Origin: Geosiphon pyriformis uo1
Lineage: Eukaryota; Fungi; Glomeromycota
Length of the DNA: 64,000 bases
Reading direction: 5' to 3'
Assembly: GCA_016748015.1 (NCBI GenBank)
Contig: JAAOMT010000128.1
Coordinates: 2,115,538 to 2,179,537, forward strand
Both the position numbers and the translations under genes were made by a program. Below the pieces are notes generated by a model that did no database searches, was not told where the DNA came from, and saw only the letters and a list, made by a program, of their open reading frames with translations. Within the stretch, counting starts at the first letter, position 1. Every line of letters starts with the position of its first letter. Positions 1 through 15,729 of this stretch are shown piece by piece.

Positions 1-40
<40 letters not shown>

Positions 41-481
41 ATTATCAACATTGTTATTATCATCGCCCATATCTACCACCACAACATTTGGATGCATCGC
101 TTCAAATTGTATCACCGTACTAGTACGATGGTGACCCATTGAAGGTCTACCATTTGTCTTGCTACCAATCGATGATCTACTAGCAATGCTTTCTAATTGC
201 CAGCTATGATTTGGTAGATTATCGTTCACTTTTGTCAATCTGCTAGTGGAGTTTTTACTACTATTTGTGGTATCACTATAAAGTCGGTAATTTCTTTGTT
301 TTCTCTTTCGGTATGCAATTATTCCAATGATAGCGCTTATCATTAGGATAAAGAAACAGATTGGGATAATTATTACGAGAGTATCTTTTATTTGGTTATC
401 CGTAGAATTTGGGGCACTTATTAAAGATTCCGAGCCAGGGGATTCATTTAAAGATATTATCGTTGAACTTGATGGTGAGAC

Positions 482-518
<37 letters not shown>

Positions 519-808
519 AATGATGGCGGATGCGTCGGAATAAAAGCTTCAGAGTTGATGATGGTCGGAGTATCCATAGTAGTGGTCGTTGGATTAAGAG
601 TCGTCACTGATGACGTGACTATCGTTTTATAAGTATTTGTAAATCGAAACTGAGTTCCATCAACTTGAGCATAATTTTCTCTAATAGTGTGATTATCTAT
701 AATTGAAGTAGTGCTCGGTACGGATGTTGATAAAGTTTCTGATGATAATTCAGCATTCGATACCAAAGTACTAAAAGATTCTCCAGTTGATTCATTGTCG
801 TCAGTCAT
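1..808 (-). CDS. Ser/Thr-rich single-pass membrane protein (Mid2/Wsc-like architecture), 3' end runs off window
   Basis: Hand translation from ATG 808: MTDDNESTGESFSTLVS..., S/T-rich region with poly-Ser, hydrophobic LVIIIPICFFILMISAIIGIIAY, basic RKRKQR, cytoplasmic tail into poly-Asn. No stop found before position 1, which explains its absence from the ORF track. Confidence 0.8.
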
Positions 809-2362
809 GATTCAATTTTCTCAAATTTCTTTTTCTTCGATTTTCACCTTGAAACTATGAAAATTTTCCAGTCTCTTTCTTTGAAATATTTTTAAAATGC
901 TGTCTGTATTTTGATGTACTTTTGGTTTTCGTCTCTTGCTTCTTTGTGCATACGTAATAGAAATTATAAAAAACAGTGTAGGAGATGGTTGAACGTGCAT
1001 GGACTAAAAATACTTTTTTTTTCTTTTTTCTTTTTGATTTCTATCAAGACTGAACGAGAGATCGATATTTTTTCTTTAGAAATTCAAAATTATCTTGATT
1101 CTTCTTTTAGAGGGACATTTACATGAAAAAATAGTGGGGGTTGAAAAATAAGAAAGGAGAAGAATGACAATAATTTTATTAAAAAAAAATGGGGGAACGT
1201 AAATCAAAAGATGTCAAGAGATTAAGATTTAGATAAAAATACAAATCGATAAAAAAACATTAATAAAGAAAGAAAGAAAGAAAAGTAAAAACTTTTTTGA
1301 ATTTTATACTTTTAAAAATTAGCAAAATAGTTCAAGAAAATCTTGATTATGAAAGAAAGAAAGAAAGAAAAGGAAGGAAGGATGAAGTTTATAGGGTGAG
1401 GGAGGAGATGAAGAGGAATAAAGGAGAAAAAGAAGGAAGAGGAAATGAAAGGAGAAAAGGAAGGGCGAAGATTTAGATGATTAAATTAAAGAAATAAAAC
1501 AGAAAAAAATAACTAGCTAGGGTTTATATGTAAGTAAAAATTTATGCCGTGATACACTCGTTCGCAGACTATTTTAATCGGAATATGTTTCGAGAAACAG
1601 GTAACCCGAAATTGCTTACACAATAAGGAATTCCTAATGAGTTAATATCACTGCTACCAAGAGGAAGGGAGTCGTTAATAAATCTTTTAATTATAGTAAC
1701 GACCAAAGGTGGCGCCACTTTTCCTAAAAATGATAAAGTTTCAAAATCTCAGCGATATACTATATATATATATATACTATATATATATTTCATGATCTTG
1801 GTTTTGAGATTACATAAAAAAAATTCTCCAGTCTCGTGGTAAACGATAATTTTCATTTTTGAAATTTTTTTAAGCAAACTCTTAAAAGAAAATTGATCAT
1901 TTTTCTCCTTTTTAAAAATCAAAGCAAATAGTTGTAATTTCTTTTTGACTCAGCATGCCAAATTTGAAAAAAAAAATAACAGGCTAGAAGAATAATGTCA
2001 GAAATCGACATTTGTTTGTTTATTAGTAGATGAGAATCAAGTTTTCTTTTTCTTTTTCTTTTTTTTTCTTTTTTTTTTTCATGTGGTGACACGTTTTATG
2101 ATTTAATTTTCCTAAAGAATCATTAACTCACGTTATTGGTTACTGCTGCGTGACACAGAACTAAATGAAAATTTTTAATTGACCTGTTTAAAAATTTTTA
2201 TTTAGCATTTTACTTGGCGAAATACTTTTAAGATAAAGTTATTAAAGATGGGTTTATTTTTTGAGTGATTAATTAATTTTATTTTTCTATAAAGAAAAGT
2301 AATCAAATTTCATTAATATGTTAAAAAGTTCTTTTTTTGAGTTAATTAAAAGCTTTTCATAT

Positions 2363-2406
2363 TACCAACCTACCAACCTACCTACCTACCTACCTACCTA
2401 CCTACC
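2363..2406. repeat. (CCTA)n microsatellite
   Basis: Direct reading. Confidence 0.9.
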
Positions 2407-2710
2407 AATAACTGAGTTCTTCACCATCTCAATACGAATCATAAAAAATCTAAAATTTGGTTTTTTGATTCAATCTTTTTTACAAAATACATAATACAGA
2501 TCCCAGACATTTTATTGTCTGATTCTATAAAAGCATATCTTTAGATCTTTTAATAATAATAATAATAATAATAATGTGAATTTCTTTTTAGAGTAAATAA
2601 AAATGTAAATATTAAATAATTTCTTTTTTATGTGTAAACTGAAATTTGAAAACTTTAAAAATATTCTTGGTAATAAAGAATTTTTAAATATATATATATA
2701 TATAAAATTT

Positions 2711-2843
2711 AATTTCCTATTGAAATCAATAAATAATAGGACTGAATACTTTTATTTTTCCTATATGGAGAATCAATAACTAAATATGATTGAATACTTT
2801 TATTTTCCTAAATAGGAATCAATAACTAAATATGATTGAATAT
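2711..2843. repeat. ~48-bp tandem duplication, 2-3 copies
   Basis: tgaatactttt(t)attttccta..at.g.gaatcaataactaaatatgat occurs twice, preceded by a degenerate partial copy. Confidence 0.8.
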
Positions 2844-3760
2844 TAACACACTTTTAGAAATGAAATTTTTTTTTTATTTGAAACATGTACGAAAGAACCT
2901 AAAACTCGTTATTTCTCTTTTCTCATCCTCATTTCCGTCTAAAAATGAGCCCGAGAAGTATTTAATAATTGATTAAATCTCGAATTTTAAAGTTAAAAAA
3001 AAAGAAAAAAAAGAAAGAATCCGTAAAGATCTACTCATTAACAACAATATCGTTATTGGTTTTAATCAAGATATTATGTGCATATCCAAATTTCAAATAA
3101 GTGATCGATCTTCAACACCCTGGGTTTCGGGTCACTTAACATATGTGTTAACAAATTATTTGAACCACTAAAATCCCAAAACCTATTGAACACTGGATCA
3201 TTATCAACCTCAAAAAAGGAAATTTTTATCCGATTATTATTTTATATGCATCAATATTAGCAAATTGAAAATTTTTTTTGGCTAAATGAGAGAAATGTTT
3301 GGTTTTTAATTTTTAAACCTTTCCCAAATAAACTTTAACTAATTTAAACTTTTTTTTAATCATTACCACTATCTAAATTATCAATTATATCATGTTCGTG
3401 ATGAAATCAATAATAAAAGATAGGATGATACAAACTACAGAAAAATCAATTAATGGTTACAATATTTTTAGATACACAGGAATAGAATTCTTCTTCAAGA
3501 TTTATTGGATTTTTTTTCTTTTTTTGGAGTAACACACATCTTACATTAAGATTTGTCGATAAAATTTTCAATTTTCATGTAATAGTATTTCCCTAAATCT
3601 GATAAAATAAATTTATTTCATGATTTGAAAAATTTGATAAACTCTATTTTTTTCAAATCATATGAGATATTTTGATTAATGAAATAGGTCATCAGTTCAA
3701 TTTTTTACGTTACTGGGTTCGTGCGTTTACTACTTTTTTGACTATAAATATTTTTTTTTG

Positions 3761-3887
<127 letters not shown>

Positions 3888-4309
3888 ATTATTTTCAGTT
3901 AAGAAATAAACTTTTTAAAATATTTTAAATCTTAATCGTAAAGTAAATATTTGTAATAACAAGAATATAACTAAAAAAAAAGATTTATCATTTGAACCAT
4001 AATTTCATATAAATTTTTTTTTTTTATTTTCAAAATAAGAAAGAGATTTACATTTTTATTTTATTTTATTTTTATTAAATAAACTTTATTTTTTTTCAAA
4101 TAGACATTTCTTGTAAAATAAAAACCTTTTAAAATCAAGTTTTTTGTAACATGTTATAAGAATTATTGAAGATTGAGAAACTGAATAAACTTTTTTTTAC
4201 AAAAGCAAAAATGATGAAAATTTATTACTAAAAAAACGCCATTTTTTTTTTACTATGATTACTTTATTAAGACATTTTTCCCGGATCAACAAATAAAACC
4301 TCTGGGTAT

Positions 4310-4355
<46 letters not shown>

Positions 4356-5178
4356 TAGTAGTATAATAGCCACAAATTAATTTGTTGATCAGAGATTAAG
4401 GCTGGGAAACAAGAAATTACGAAAAATTGTACCATTCAATTTGACCATTATTAACGAAATAATTTTCCGTTAAAAATTTATCTCTCTATATAATGCTAAT
4501 TTAGTAATAATAAAAATTTTTGTGAAATGTTTAATATTGACACAAAGGGGTATTTTTTGAATTGAAAATTTATTAAGTTTACTGGTTTCCGAGTCAATCG
4601 TGACTTTGTTAAATCGTACGAATCAGGAGACCATTGTGTTTCGTGCATTTAATGTAACGATATTCCAATCATTGATCAATGATCATTGAAAAAAAAAATC
4701 TTCATTTACCAAACATATTTAATCAATATTGTAATAGTAGTGATTGATAGTAGTGATTGATAATAGCAGTGTTGATAAAAGTAATAAAGTAAAAAAGTAA
4801 TAAAGTAAAAAAGTAAAAAGTAATAGGTAATATATACGAACACAGGTAAGCTGCAGTCGGTCGATTTAATTTCCATCCTGAAAGGTATCACATGTGGTCA
4901 TTCCGGAGAAGCTGAAAAGAACAATTAACCATTATCTGTTCCCCATTTTGAGTCGAATGGTTGAGAAACAGCTTTAGTGAATCACGTTTTTTTTGGTGAC
5001 GATTTACTTTATTGTTTATTTTTGTGATACTTTAAGATTTGGCGGGAAACCAAATTTTTTAAAAATGGTATAATTTTTTTTTGAGAAAAAAATTATGGAT
5101 GTAGTTTTTAGTTTTTAGAATAGTTATTAGATAAAAATAAAATAAAATAATTTTTTTTTTCCAAATATTTTTAAGGAG

Positions 5179-5205
5179 AACTAACTAACTAACTAACTAA
5201 TTAAT

Positions 5206-5248
<43 letters not shown>

Positions 5249-5285
5249 TTAACTAACTAATCAACTAACTAATCAATTAACTAAT
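5179..5285. repeat. (AACT)n microsatellite
   Basis: Direct reading. Confidence 0.9.
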
Positions 5286-5445
5286 TAATATTCTAACGAA
5301 ATCGAGACATTCAATCTGTTTTGAATCTCTTGTTTGATAAAATAAACGATGAAAGAATCATAAACTTTAAATGAACTGGTTAATTAAGGTTGTTGTTGTT
5401 TTTTTTTTCATTTAGTAAAAAGGTAAAATATGATCCATCTTTTTA

Positions 5446-5520
<75 letters not shown>

Positions 5521-5828
5521 GATTCATATTTCATTAAAAAAGTTCTCTGAAAATCATCATGTACAATAGGAATCAAACAACATGAATTACAATTATTGTT
5601 CATAGAGGACATTAATATCAAATGAGTTCAAACCGTAAATAAAATTAAAAGAATCTAGAACTTGAATTCCACATTTTTTTTCTATTCTTTCTTAAATGAG
5701 ATATATATAATAATAATAATCTAGAAGATCTAGAAGATCTAGAGCGATAAAGCAGGGTCCAGAACCACCGAGGATCCTGGCATCATCTGAACCAAAACTA
5801 GATAACAAATTGTAAATCGATTCTTTTA

Positions 5829-5948
5829 AGTGAGTGAATGAATGAGTGAGTGAGTGAGTGAGTGAGTGAGTGAGTGAGTGAGTGAGTGAGTGAGTGAGTG
5901 AGTGAGTGAGTGAGTAAGTAAGTGAGTGAGTAAGTGAGTGAGTAAGTG
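5829..5948. repeat. (GAGT)n microsatellite
   Basis: Direct reading. Confidence 0.9.
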
Positions 5949-6463
5949 AATGGGTTTATTATAAACTGTAAAAGGAAATAGAATACTCTGTTTTTTCTAA
6001 ACGAAAATGGAATTCTTTAAAACTTTCATCATCTATTTCCAGGTTTTAATTATTTCAATTTCCTATTGGATGATTCAAAATGTCTATTACCCATGAAATT
6101 AAAGTTAATTAATTCCCCTTACAAATATGTTAATTGAAAAAAGACAAAGTTTTATCCCTATTATGAAAATTTTCAAAGTTTTAGTTTAAATTTGAAAAGA
6201 TCTTTTAAATTAGTGAAAAGTCTAATTTATTATTTCCTCATATAAGTGAACGAGTCAGTTTTTTGTAAACTTTTTGTTGTCACATATAAAAATTAAAAAT
6301 ATTGACAAACTAAGAATTTCATAAAATTCACAAAAATTTGAGTCAAACAACCTGTTTAAAACAAGTTATGATGAGTAGAAAAAGGAAAGCTTTGAAAGAA
6401 ATTTGACAGGAAAGAGACAAGTATTGATATCTTTTATGAATTTTAATTTGATGTTATTTTTAG

Positions 6464-6511
<48 letters not shown>

Positions 6512-7024
6512 GTTTATTTAATTTGTAGAGGCATTTTACAAATTAAAATTATCATCAAGTTTTTAATCAAAAATTAACGACTAAAATTCCATAGGAGTCA
6601 AACGATCATGAAGAGTAATTTCAAATTTTTCTCCTTTATTTCTTTTTATCCTCGATTTTTCCGATACAAACAATTGTACAGGTCCATTTTTTTTATTTTT
6701 TATTTTTTATTTTCAAAAACAGTCATAATCAAAGATAGAATCAGACTAAATTTGGTCATGATCAACAAGAACGACAATTATCTTTTTTTGTAAAGACCTT
6801 TTTTAAAAAATTACAATGAACCAAAATGACATATATATAACTTTTAAAATTTCAGGGAATATATATATATATATATATTACCTGAACTTACTTTTTGCGT
6901 AAAGTTCCTCAAAGAAATACTCAAAAAAAAAAATTGTGTATAACGTTCATGTTTGTATGACAGAACATACCGTGTTTATTTAACAAAATTATCGTGTAAA
7001 TTTTTTTTTTCAAGAGTATATTTG

Positions 7025-7071
<47 letters not shown>

Positions 7072-8111
7072 TATGAAAAGATTTGTAAAACGATCATGGT
7101 TTTAAAGTTAAAATGATTCTGTTTTCAGAAAAAGAATATATAATTTTTAAATATTACATGGGACAATAAAATACCAAATTAGTAATTTTAAATTAAACAT
7201 TATTCATATTTCAATAAAAAATTCGAGTAACATTTATTGAAAAATGTTTATTTCACAAAATCACTAAAAAAGAAAATTTTCATTTCTCAACTTTAAACTT
7301 TAATCTAAGCCACCATTATCCCATTATTTGTTTAATTTTAAATGATTTTAAATGATTAACAATAAAAATTCTGGTTCATAAAAATTTTAGAAGCAATTCA
7401 AAGAAATTTAATATATATAGCCTTGAAAATGTTATTTTTAGTCACGATTATATTCATTTGATTTTTAAAAGGATTGAAATTACTATATCCAATTTTCATA
7501 AATATTATTAAAAAAAACTTTTTTCTCAAAATTTTAAAAAAAAATTTATTTGTTTTAAATCAAAATGACAAAATATAATGCTCAGATGACAAGAATATGA
7601 ATCATAATCGTTTCATGAATAGGAACAATAGATTGAATCAAATTTTTTTCCCTTTTTCCTTACGATAATCCTGAAATATAAGGATTGTCTTTGGTTGGTT
7701 GATATGAAAAAACTTGTTAAGGAGAATGTTCAGGTTCAGGTTCTCAGTGATACAGGGAAAGATCGAGTCTATAATAATTATAAAAAAAAAATTCAACTGA
7801 ATACTTGATGGTAATAGGTCATGATTGGGAATCTTTGCTAATGAAAATCTTGTAATCACTTTTTTATTTTTTGGTGAATTTCTAGTTTTCCTTTTATGGT
7901 ATCATATCTTTCCGCTCAGGTGATGCTCATGTTTAACAATTAAACAAAAATATATTTCCATTTCATATATAGAAATGAATCATTTTAGTAGAGTCTGGCA
8001 CTTGACCACGGGTCATTGTATGTTTTTGTTGCACCAAAATGAATTATGGTTTAATTGATAATTAATCCTGTTTTGGTGGGAAATGAAAATAGTTTTTTGA
8101 AAAACTTGATC

Positions 8112-8149
<38 letters not shown>

Positions 8150-9021
8150 AGAAACAAGGCTACCTTAATTTGATCTGCCTTCTTTTTTTTTATCGTGATG
8201 AAAAAGAAACACTTTCTAATGTATGATACATGTATAACCTTTGAGATAGGGAGTTGGAAAAAATCATTTTTTTTCTTCTCCTTCCCTCCCTTCCCTCCCT
8301 TCCTTCCAATTTATATTTTTTTATGTTTTAAGGGGAAATAAAAATTTTATCTAATCATTTCACACATATTTTTTTGTGGTAAATAAGTTTTTTTTATCCA
8401 ACAAATTTTTTTTAAAGGTTAAACGAAATCCACGCGAAAAAAAATTCTATAAATCAATATAACAGATAATTGATTAACCAAACAAAAAAAAAAAAAAAAT
8501 CAAAGATTTGCTCATTTTCTTACTTTTAGATCTTTTTAAATGTATTCCAAATAGAGATTATGATTAATAAAGTATTATTTTTAAAATTCCATGTTTAGAA
8601 AGATGAGAAATTCTTTTTTTTATATACTAAAAAAAGTGAATTACAAAAGCTTTTCAGCCATCATCACTAATTAAAGAAATCCAGATTTTTTAGGTTTAGT
8701 TTGATCTTGAATTAAAAAAGATATTGTTTGATTTATAGCGTTGCGGATACTTTCTAAATTATTCGCTTTGATTGTTCAAGCTCTCACGTTTCCCTACTAA
8801 AAAGATTAAACATGGATCATAAATCCCCCTCCCCTCTATACTATGACCATTTTTATCAATGAATTCACAGTTTGAATTTAGGTATCACGTAATATCATGA
8901 CATTAATTGGATATGAGAAAACAAAACAAAAAAGAGAAAAAGAATTTACATTTTGCGTGGAAATTAAAAATAAATAATGAAAAGTGTAGTAGTGGTCTGA
9001 CTTTAGATTTTTCTATCTTTA

Positions 9022-9065
<44 letters not shown>

Positions 9066-9397
9066 ATTGACTACTTGAATAATTCAAAAGTTTTTAAACG
9101 ATAGAAAAAAAAAACAAATTAGACTTGCCTCAAAATCAAAAACTAGATTATTATTTTTTCTAATACTACATTTTCTAAATATTCCCTCCGCGAAAATAAG
9201 TACATTATTTACAATTGAAAAAGAAAGTGAGACTTTCAACAAAATTTGAAAATGAATAAAAAAATTGTACAAAGAAATTTAATTGATTCTGAATGCGTTT
9301 GAATGGTTTTACAAGAAAATTTTTGCTTTTCAAATCAAAAAATTTGAGATTGTTCATATTTAGAAAAAGTTTCAATATATATATATTTTTCATTAAT

Positions 9398-10535
9398 TTA
9401 TGATCGCCAAAAGCGAATAATATTCGAAAGACTGCCAGTTCGTTCGTCCTCCTCATTGTCATCTTCTTGTATCGTAATTACATTTACGACATGATCTGTA
9501 CCATATCCATCACTATCTCTCACCAGAATATTCCGTCCTTTATCACCTAAATTCATCGTAACTCGACGTGTCATTGGTTCAATTTGCAAAGTGGATATTC
9601 GATATCGTTGATTATGTGGTCCTCTAACCGCTGTTGAATCAAGCGATGCAGCAGCTAGAGGAGTTGTGGGAGGTGATGGTGATGGCGGTGGTGGTGGTGG
9701 TGGTGGTAGTGGTGATGTTGGTGATGGTGGTGATGGTGGCGATGGTGGTGAGAATGCTACTGATGATGATGATAACGGTAATGGTGGTAAATTATGTACT
9801 GGCTCTGACATTCCTGTATCGGCAATTGAGACCATTCCCATTTCTGTGCCCGAGATTGTCGAAGACAAAAGTCCTCGGGATTTCTTTCGTTGATTTCGAA
9901 AGAATAGAAATGCTAGTGCAATCAAAATGACGAGTACTAGTGAAAATGTGATTGGTATTATTTTGTTGACTTCAGATTTTGATCGGATTCCTTCTTGGTT
10001 TTCTGAAATTGGCTCGTTTGTAGAGGCATTCATTATTGAAACTGAAGTGGAACGATCGACTAATGTCTGAGTTACTATTCCAAAAGATTGGAGAAATTTT
10101 TTGAAGGTTAGCGTTTTTGAAATATTTCTTTGAATCTGTAGATTGTTAAAAATTTTAATATTTACCTGGAATACCAACTAAAGTTGAAGATGTAGGAATA
10201 ATTAAGAACGTTGAATCAGTCGGTGGGGTTATAGTTGGTAATATCGTTTCTGATGTTTGTGTTAATGAACTCATCGTTGAAATTATATTTACAGATGTAG
10301 GAATGGTAATTGAAGAAGAAGAAGAAGAACTTGTTTTGATTAACGAAGAATCAAAAGCTGTAGTTGTTGTTATAGTCAAATAAGGTTGATTTTTTTGAGT
10401 AAATAAAGTTGCGTTTGCTATATTAGTAGTTGTTGTTGTTTTTGTTGTTGTTGTTATAGTTTTATTCAATAAAGACGAAGTAGCTTTTGTATGAGTTAAA
10501 GTCTTTTGTGTGAGAATACTGTTGGAAGCATTCAT
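9398..10535 (-). CDS. Ser/Thr-rich single-pass membrane protein with Pro-rich cytoplasmic tail; 2 exons (10535-10166, 10074-9398)
   Basis: ORFs 10155..10598 and 9398..10177 join in frame through a GTAAAT...TAG intron (10165-10075). TM segment IIPITFSLVLVILIALAFLFF is followed by RNQRKKSR and a PPSP-repeat tail. Confidence 0.8.
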
Positions 10536-10834
10536 TCTTTTGGTACAAGTAATTGAATGCTCTTTTACAAGCTTCAATATGAGAAATAAAAAGAACACAT
10601 ATAATTAGAATAGTTTTTTGTTTGTTTTTGAAAATTTCCCGAGAGGTTTTTTAAAATTTGTTTGTCAAAAAGATTTTAAAGAAAAAAAATTTAAAAAGTC
10701 GCAAGTCACCAACAATGGAGGGACAGGACCGGCCAGAAATTGTGAAAATACTGAGAATTTATATTAGAAATGACAAAAAAACTCGTGGTTTTTTTTTTTT
10801 TTTAATTTATATTTATTGTAAAAAGTTTTTGTTT

Positions 10835-10854
10835 NNNNNNNNNNNNNNNNNNNN
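10835..10854. other. assembly gap (N run)
   Basis: 20 N. Confidence 1.
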
Positions 10855-11934
10855 TTAAAAAAAAAAAAAAAAAGCACCATTTTTTAATTGTTTTTTGAAC
10901 ACGATCAGCAATGCATTGAAAAATGATATGTGAATAATAGCAATCATTATTACAATTGAGACAAACCAAAAGAATCTGTAGGCATAAAAAAAAAAAAGTT
11001 TGGACACTACAATTTGTTCCAAACGTACAGTCTACAGAAAAAAGAATCAAAAGGATAATATTAGTTCATATTGTAGCCAAAAAAACAAATGAAAAAAACC
11101 TATTTACCATTTAAAGTAAAAATCATCATGTCAATGCTGCTGTGAATAAACTCCTTTTTTTATTTATTTATTTATTTATTTATTTTTTTGTTTATTTATT
11201 TTAACATATAAATTTTTAGAATAGATTTTTAGAATAAATTTTTAGAGTTAAACTTTTGAGTGTTGTGTGACTTTTTATAAGATCGTTGAACCATCGGTTT
11301 TGGGAGGATTATCTACTTACTAAGAATAAGGCGAAAAACCCCATATATATTATATATTTATATTTATATTTATATTTATATATAAGCAGATTTTAGTGGA
11401 ATCTGAAATAATCGGTAAGCCTTTTTGTAAAAAAATCCAAAAAAAAAATCACAAACTCTTTTGTACTCGGCTCGTAGCTTAAAATGTAACTAAGAGAAAT
11501 GTTTAGGTAAATGAGTAGGAAAAAATTTGTTTCATACACATGGATGGTACTAAAAGCCGAATTCAATAATCCATTATAATTGACTTTCTTTACCCAGGAT
11601 TACCCACCTATTTTCCATTTTAATTACCTACTATGATTTATACAAATTGTTCTTTTTTGTACACAAAAAAAAAATCTAAAAAAATGCATCAATTACTGAA
11701 TTAATACGTCATCGTAGTCGACTACGTTATTGATTTTTGATTATTGATTACTTTTTCCTGATGTTTGATTAAATATCACACAAGATATCCTAGTCCCCTT
11801 AATTACTCGGCATTTTTCTACACATGATGATAGCTTTTCGGTCATTGTAGGTTATTAGAATTTTATTTTATTATATTCTTTAGAAGAATTCTTATTCAAG
11901 TTTTAAATTACATCTATTGAAAAATTTCTTTATT

Positions 11935-12091
11935 GTAGTAGTATTAGTAGTATTAGTATTAGTATTAGTAGTAGTAATAGTAGGAGGAGAAACAGTAATA
12001 GTAATAATACTAGTAATAATAATAGTAATAGTAGTAATAGTAGTAATAGTAGTAATAGTAGTAGTAGTAGTAGTAGTAGTAGTCGTCGTCG
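11935..12091. repeat. compound (GTA/ATA/GTC)n microsatellite
   Basis: Direct reading; explains the spurious poly-Val and poly-Thr ORFs. Confidence 0.9.
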
Positions 12092-12549
12092 TAGTCGTTT
12101 TCGTTATTGTTGCCGTTGCAGAAAATACAAACATTTAAAAAAAGCTGTCAATAAGTAAATGAAAATGCCATAATTTTTTCTTTCAAACTTGATTGGTTAG
12201 TCGAAGAATCTAGAAAAATAAAAACTGTATCATCAGACTGTCACACTAAACCTTTCCTCTCATTCTGCACCAATTTTATCCTTTCCAGGTGCAATTAATT
12301 TAAATATTTCTTGCGTAGTGCCTAATATGTTGATAAGCTTGGGGGAGGGGAGGGGGCTCATCAAATTTAATAATAGAACATTAATTGAAATTTACCGAAT
12401 TTTATAAAATATTAGAGGTTATATATAAGGAATAAAGTACTTTAATATTTAATAAAACTAAAAAAAATGTAGAAAATAATGGTTAAATACTATTTAATGC
12501 AATTATTTTATATTTTATAAAACTAAGTAAACCTTTAATATTAGTAGTA

Positions 12550-12614
<65 letters not shown>

Positions 12615-13790
12615 AATCAACTTTAAACCTTTGTGGAATTTCTTGTTACTAAATTTAATAATAATCTCTTCTTCAATAATAAATTAATTAAAAGGGTTCA
12701 CAATATTTAAACATTGTTATAAATAAATAGCTTAAGGGAGGAGGAGGAGGGGGTAAACCAATTACAAAATAACGGAATTTTGTTAATTATATTTTCTCAC
12801 GATTTTTTCTTCAATAGTATAATAGGAATCTTCTAATTTTCTATAAAAAAATATCTAAGCCCCGTTTTTTTTTTTAAAAAAAAACCTTGGGAATAAAAAG
12901 TATCGCTCAACATAAATTAGTCTACATTTTAATATACTGTGGCGCTCTTTCAAATCAAAAAAAGTTTTTAAAATAGATATATTTTGAACAAGGGTGTATA
13001 ATGTGACTCTTTTCCTCTGTTACACACTTGCACTTCAGTTAGATATTTAGGCATTAAGGTATCATATATGCATCTAATGTTTAGTGTTTGTCATTAGTTA
13101 TTTCCATTTTCAGTTTTTTTTATCATTTATTGGTTGCCTAAAAAAAAAAGTTGATCATGGTAAATGAAATGGCCAACTAAAATAATAAATGGTTTTTTTT
13201 ACTGTCGTGACGTAACAATGAATTTCCAAAGACACTGCGTGACATAAACAATAATTTAAAAAAAATTAATTCGTGTGGTTTCAAGGATACACTAAAACTT
13301 TTTTTCTTTTTTTTATATGAAATTATAAAAAATATTTTTAACATATTAATTTTCTTTCCATTCCTTCCAAACATTTATTACCATGTGACATTAATTAATA
13401 TTAAAAATTAATTTTTTCAAAGAAATAAATACAATATTATTTATTCCAAATCTTTTTACTTTGAAATATGTGATTTACAAATTTTAGTAAAAATATTTAA
13501 TAATTATTATTTGAATTTTTTCCTTTTAACTTAAATATTTACTTTCTTAACTAATATTCACTTTAGGAGTCGAGATTTTCTTTTAGATGCTAAAAATGTT
13601 CAATAATTGAATATTTGCTGAGTACTATTCTTTAAAAATATAATAAGTTTTATTAATTCAAGTTAAATCTAAATATTTCAAGTGTTTTTTATATTAAAAA
13701 AAAAACTCTTTTATTTGTTGGTTTCCTTTATTTATACACAAAAGAATTTTGATATAATGCAAAAACTGTGAAAATGAACTTTTTTAAAAT

Positions 13791-13803
13791 TTATTATTAT
13801 TAC

Positions 13804-13874
<71 letters not shown>

Positions 13875-13928
13875 TTGTTGTTATTGTTATTGTGATTATG
13901 ATTGTGATTATTATTTTTATTTTTATTA
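13791..13928. repeat. compound (TAT)n(TGT)n microsatellite
   Basis: Direct reading. Confidence 0.9.
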
Positions 13929-14211
13929 TGAAATGTATTCTTCAAGACTTGTTTTCAAAAAAAAATTTTAATTCAGACTTATTATTATAGTAAATAGTCA
14001 AGAAGAAAACAATGATTTTTAACAAAGTAGCGTCATTTTTACATAAAAAATCTAGATTTGTGTTAATAATAAATCATATTAGTACCTGAAAATCCCGTAA
14101 AGTTTTCTTTTTGAGTTCAATTCATTCTTTATTTTTATTTTTCTTCTTCACTATTTTTGGGATTTATTAATATTTTCAATAAGAAAATTTTGCTTTGTTC
14201 AATTTTTTACC

Positions 14212-14245
<34 letters not shown>

Positions 14246-15729
14246 GCAAAAAGTGAACAGTCTCAATGAAAGCCTTAAAACGTACAAGATTTTTTTCAGG
14301 GTTGTAAGAAAATGAAGATTATGCGTAATGTTCATTTTTTTTTCTCGATTGTCTCTAATAAGGAGACAAAAAGAATGTTTTATTCTCATTTTCCTTTAAC
14401 CGAATGTTTCAGAAAATTTTTCATCAAAGCAAAAATGACTCATTTTAACCCATTTTAGAGGTAAAACTAGGTAATTGAATTACTCATCATCATCATTTAA
14501 CGTCAAAACCTATTTTTAACGATGAAACCCCCGAGCGATGATCAGAGGCGTGTGTGGCGTATTGTCACATAGAGACTTTGTTACATTATAGGTAATGGGA
14601 TGATCATGAAAAAAGGGAACTTAATGTTTGCAATCCACAATGCGTTTGTGCTTGGATGCACAATGTTGTACTAAGCACACACAAATTTGTCATTATAGAG
14701 AGAGGCAAACGGGAATCTTGCAATTAGGATAATGCTTTATGGGCGTAAAAAACCTTGTTCATTTTATCCTTTATATATTGAAAACATTTTTATTTTTTTT
14801 TATCTTTCTAAGCATCGATAGAAATATTTCGAGGTATCATAGAAAAAATACCTAAAGAAAGACTTTAACTAATATGAATCACTTAATAATGAATTTAATT
14901 ATTATTATTAGTCAAATTTTACTTTTGGAAACAAATTAAAGACTTAAAACTCTCGTTTATTTTCTATAGCTCAAGATTAAAAAATGGTGTCTTGATTCTT
15001 TCTCAATTGTCAGTAACCAGATCTTTTGAATCGTAAAACGTTAAATTAATGCTAGCTAATTTAAAAATCAGGGGATTTTGCACTATTTTTATCATGATCA
15101 AAATCATGACGATTTATGTCTGCATTTTTTGCTTTAATACTGCATTATAAAATTATATTATACTCAAGTGGCACGAATTTAAAGTTTCTTGAATTGAAAT
15201 AATTGACAAGGGTTAAATTCATTCAAAGAAAGATGATATTGATGATTGAGACCCGAGGCAAAAAAGATTATTAACAAAATAATGACATTTAACTTTAAAT
15301 ATTAATTATAAGTTACTTAAGATAATCGCTCAATAAAGATGGTTCTCAACTTTACAGGTATTCAAAATAGTTACTAGACTAATCCATAAAAGCTTCTTTC
15401 CAGAATTTTTAAGTAAGCTTATAATACCTTATTAGGCAAAATTGATTTAAGAATCCTTTTTCTGCGTTTAAAAGGATGAAAAATTTTTAATTCTTTTTTC
15501 TTGTAAGTTAAACTTTAAATTGACTAATGCTATGTCAGCTTCTTTTTTAAATTTTAAAGTTCTTGATGATCTTCCGATTAGAATTTCCAAAAGGCATAAA
15601 AGAATTGATGACTTAATAAAAGGAAAAAAAATGATTCGATGTTAATAATTACACCTTTTTTTTTTTCTTTTTTTATGCTAAACATTTGGTCGTATGTTCC
15701 CAAATAATGAAGTTGTGGAAAGATTAAAA

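Noticed and set aside
327-632. 101-aa plus-strand ORF, and similarly 9634..9930 and 9666..9893
   Set aside because: Antisense shadows of the minus-strand membrane protein genes
5750-5780. Hairpin CAGGGTCC...GGATCCTG
   Set aside because: Isolated, with no snoRNA or tRNA framework
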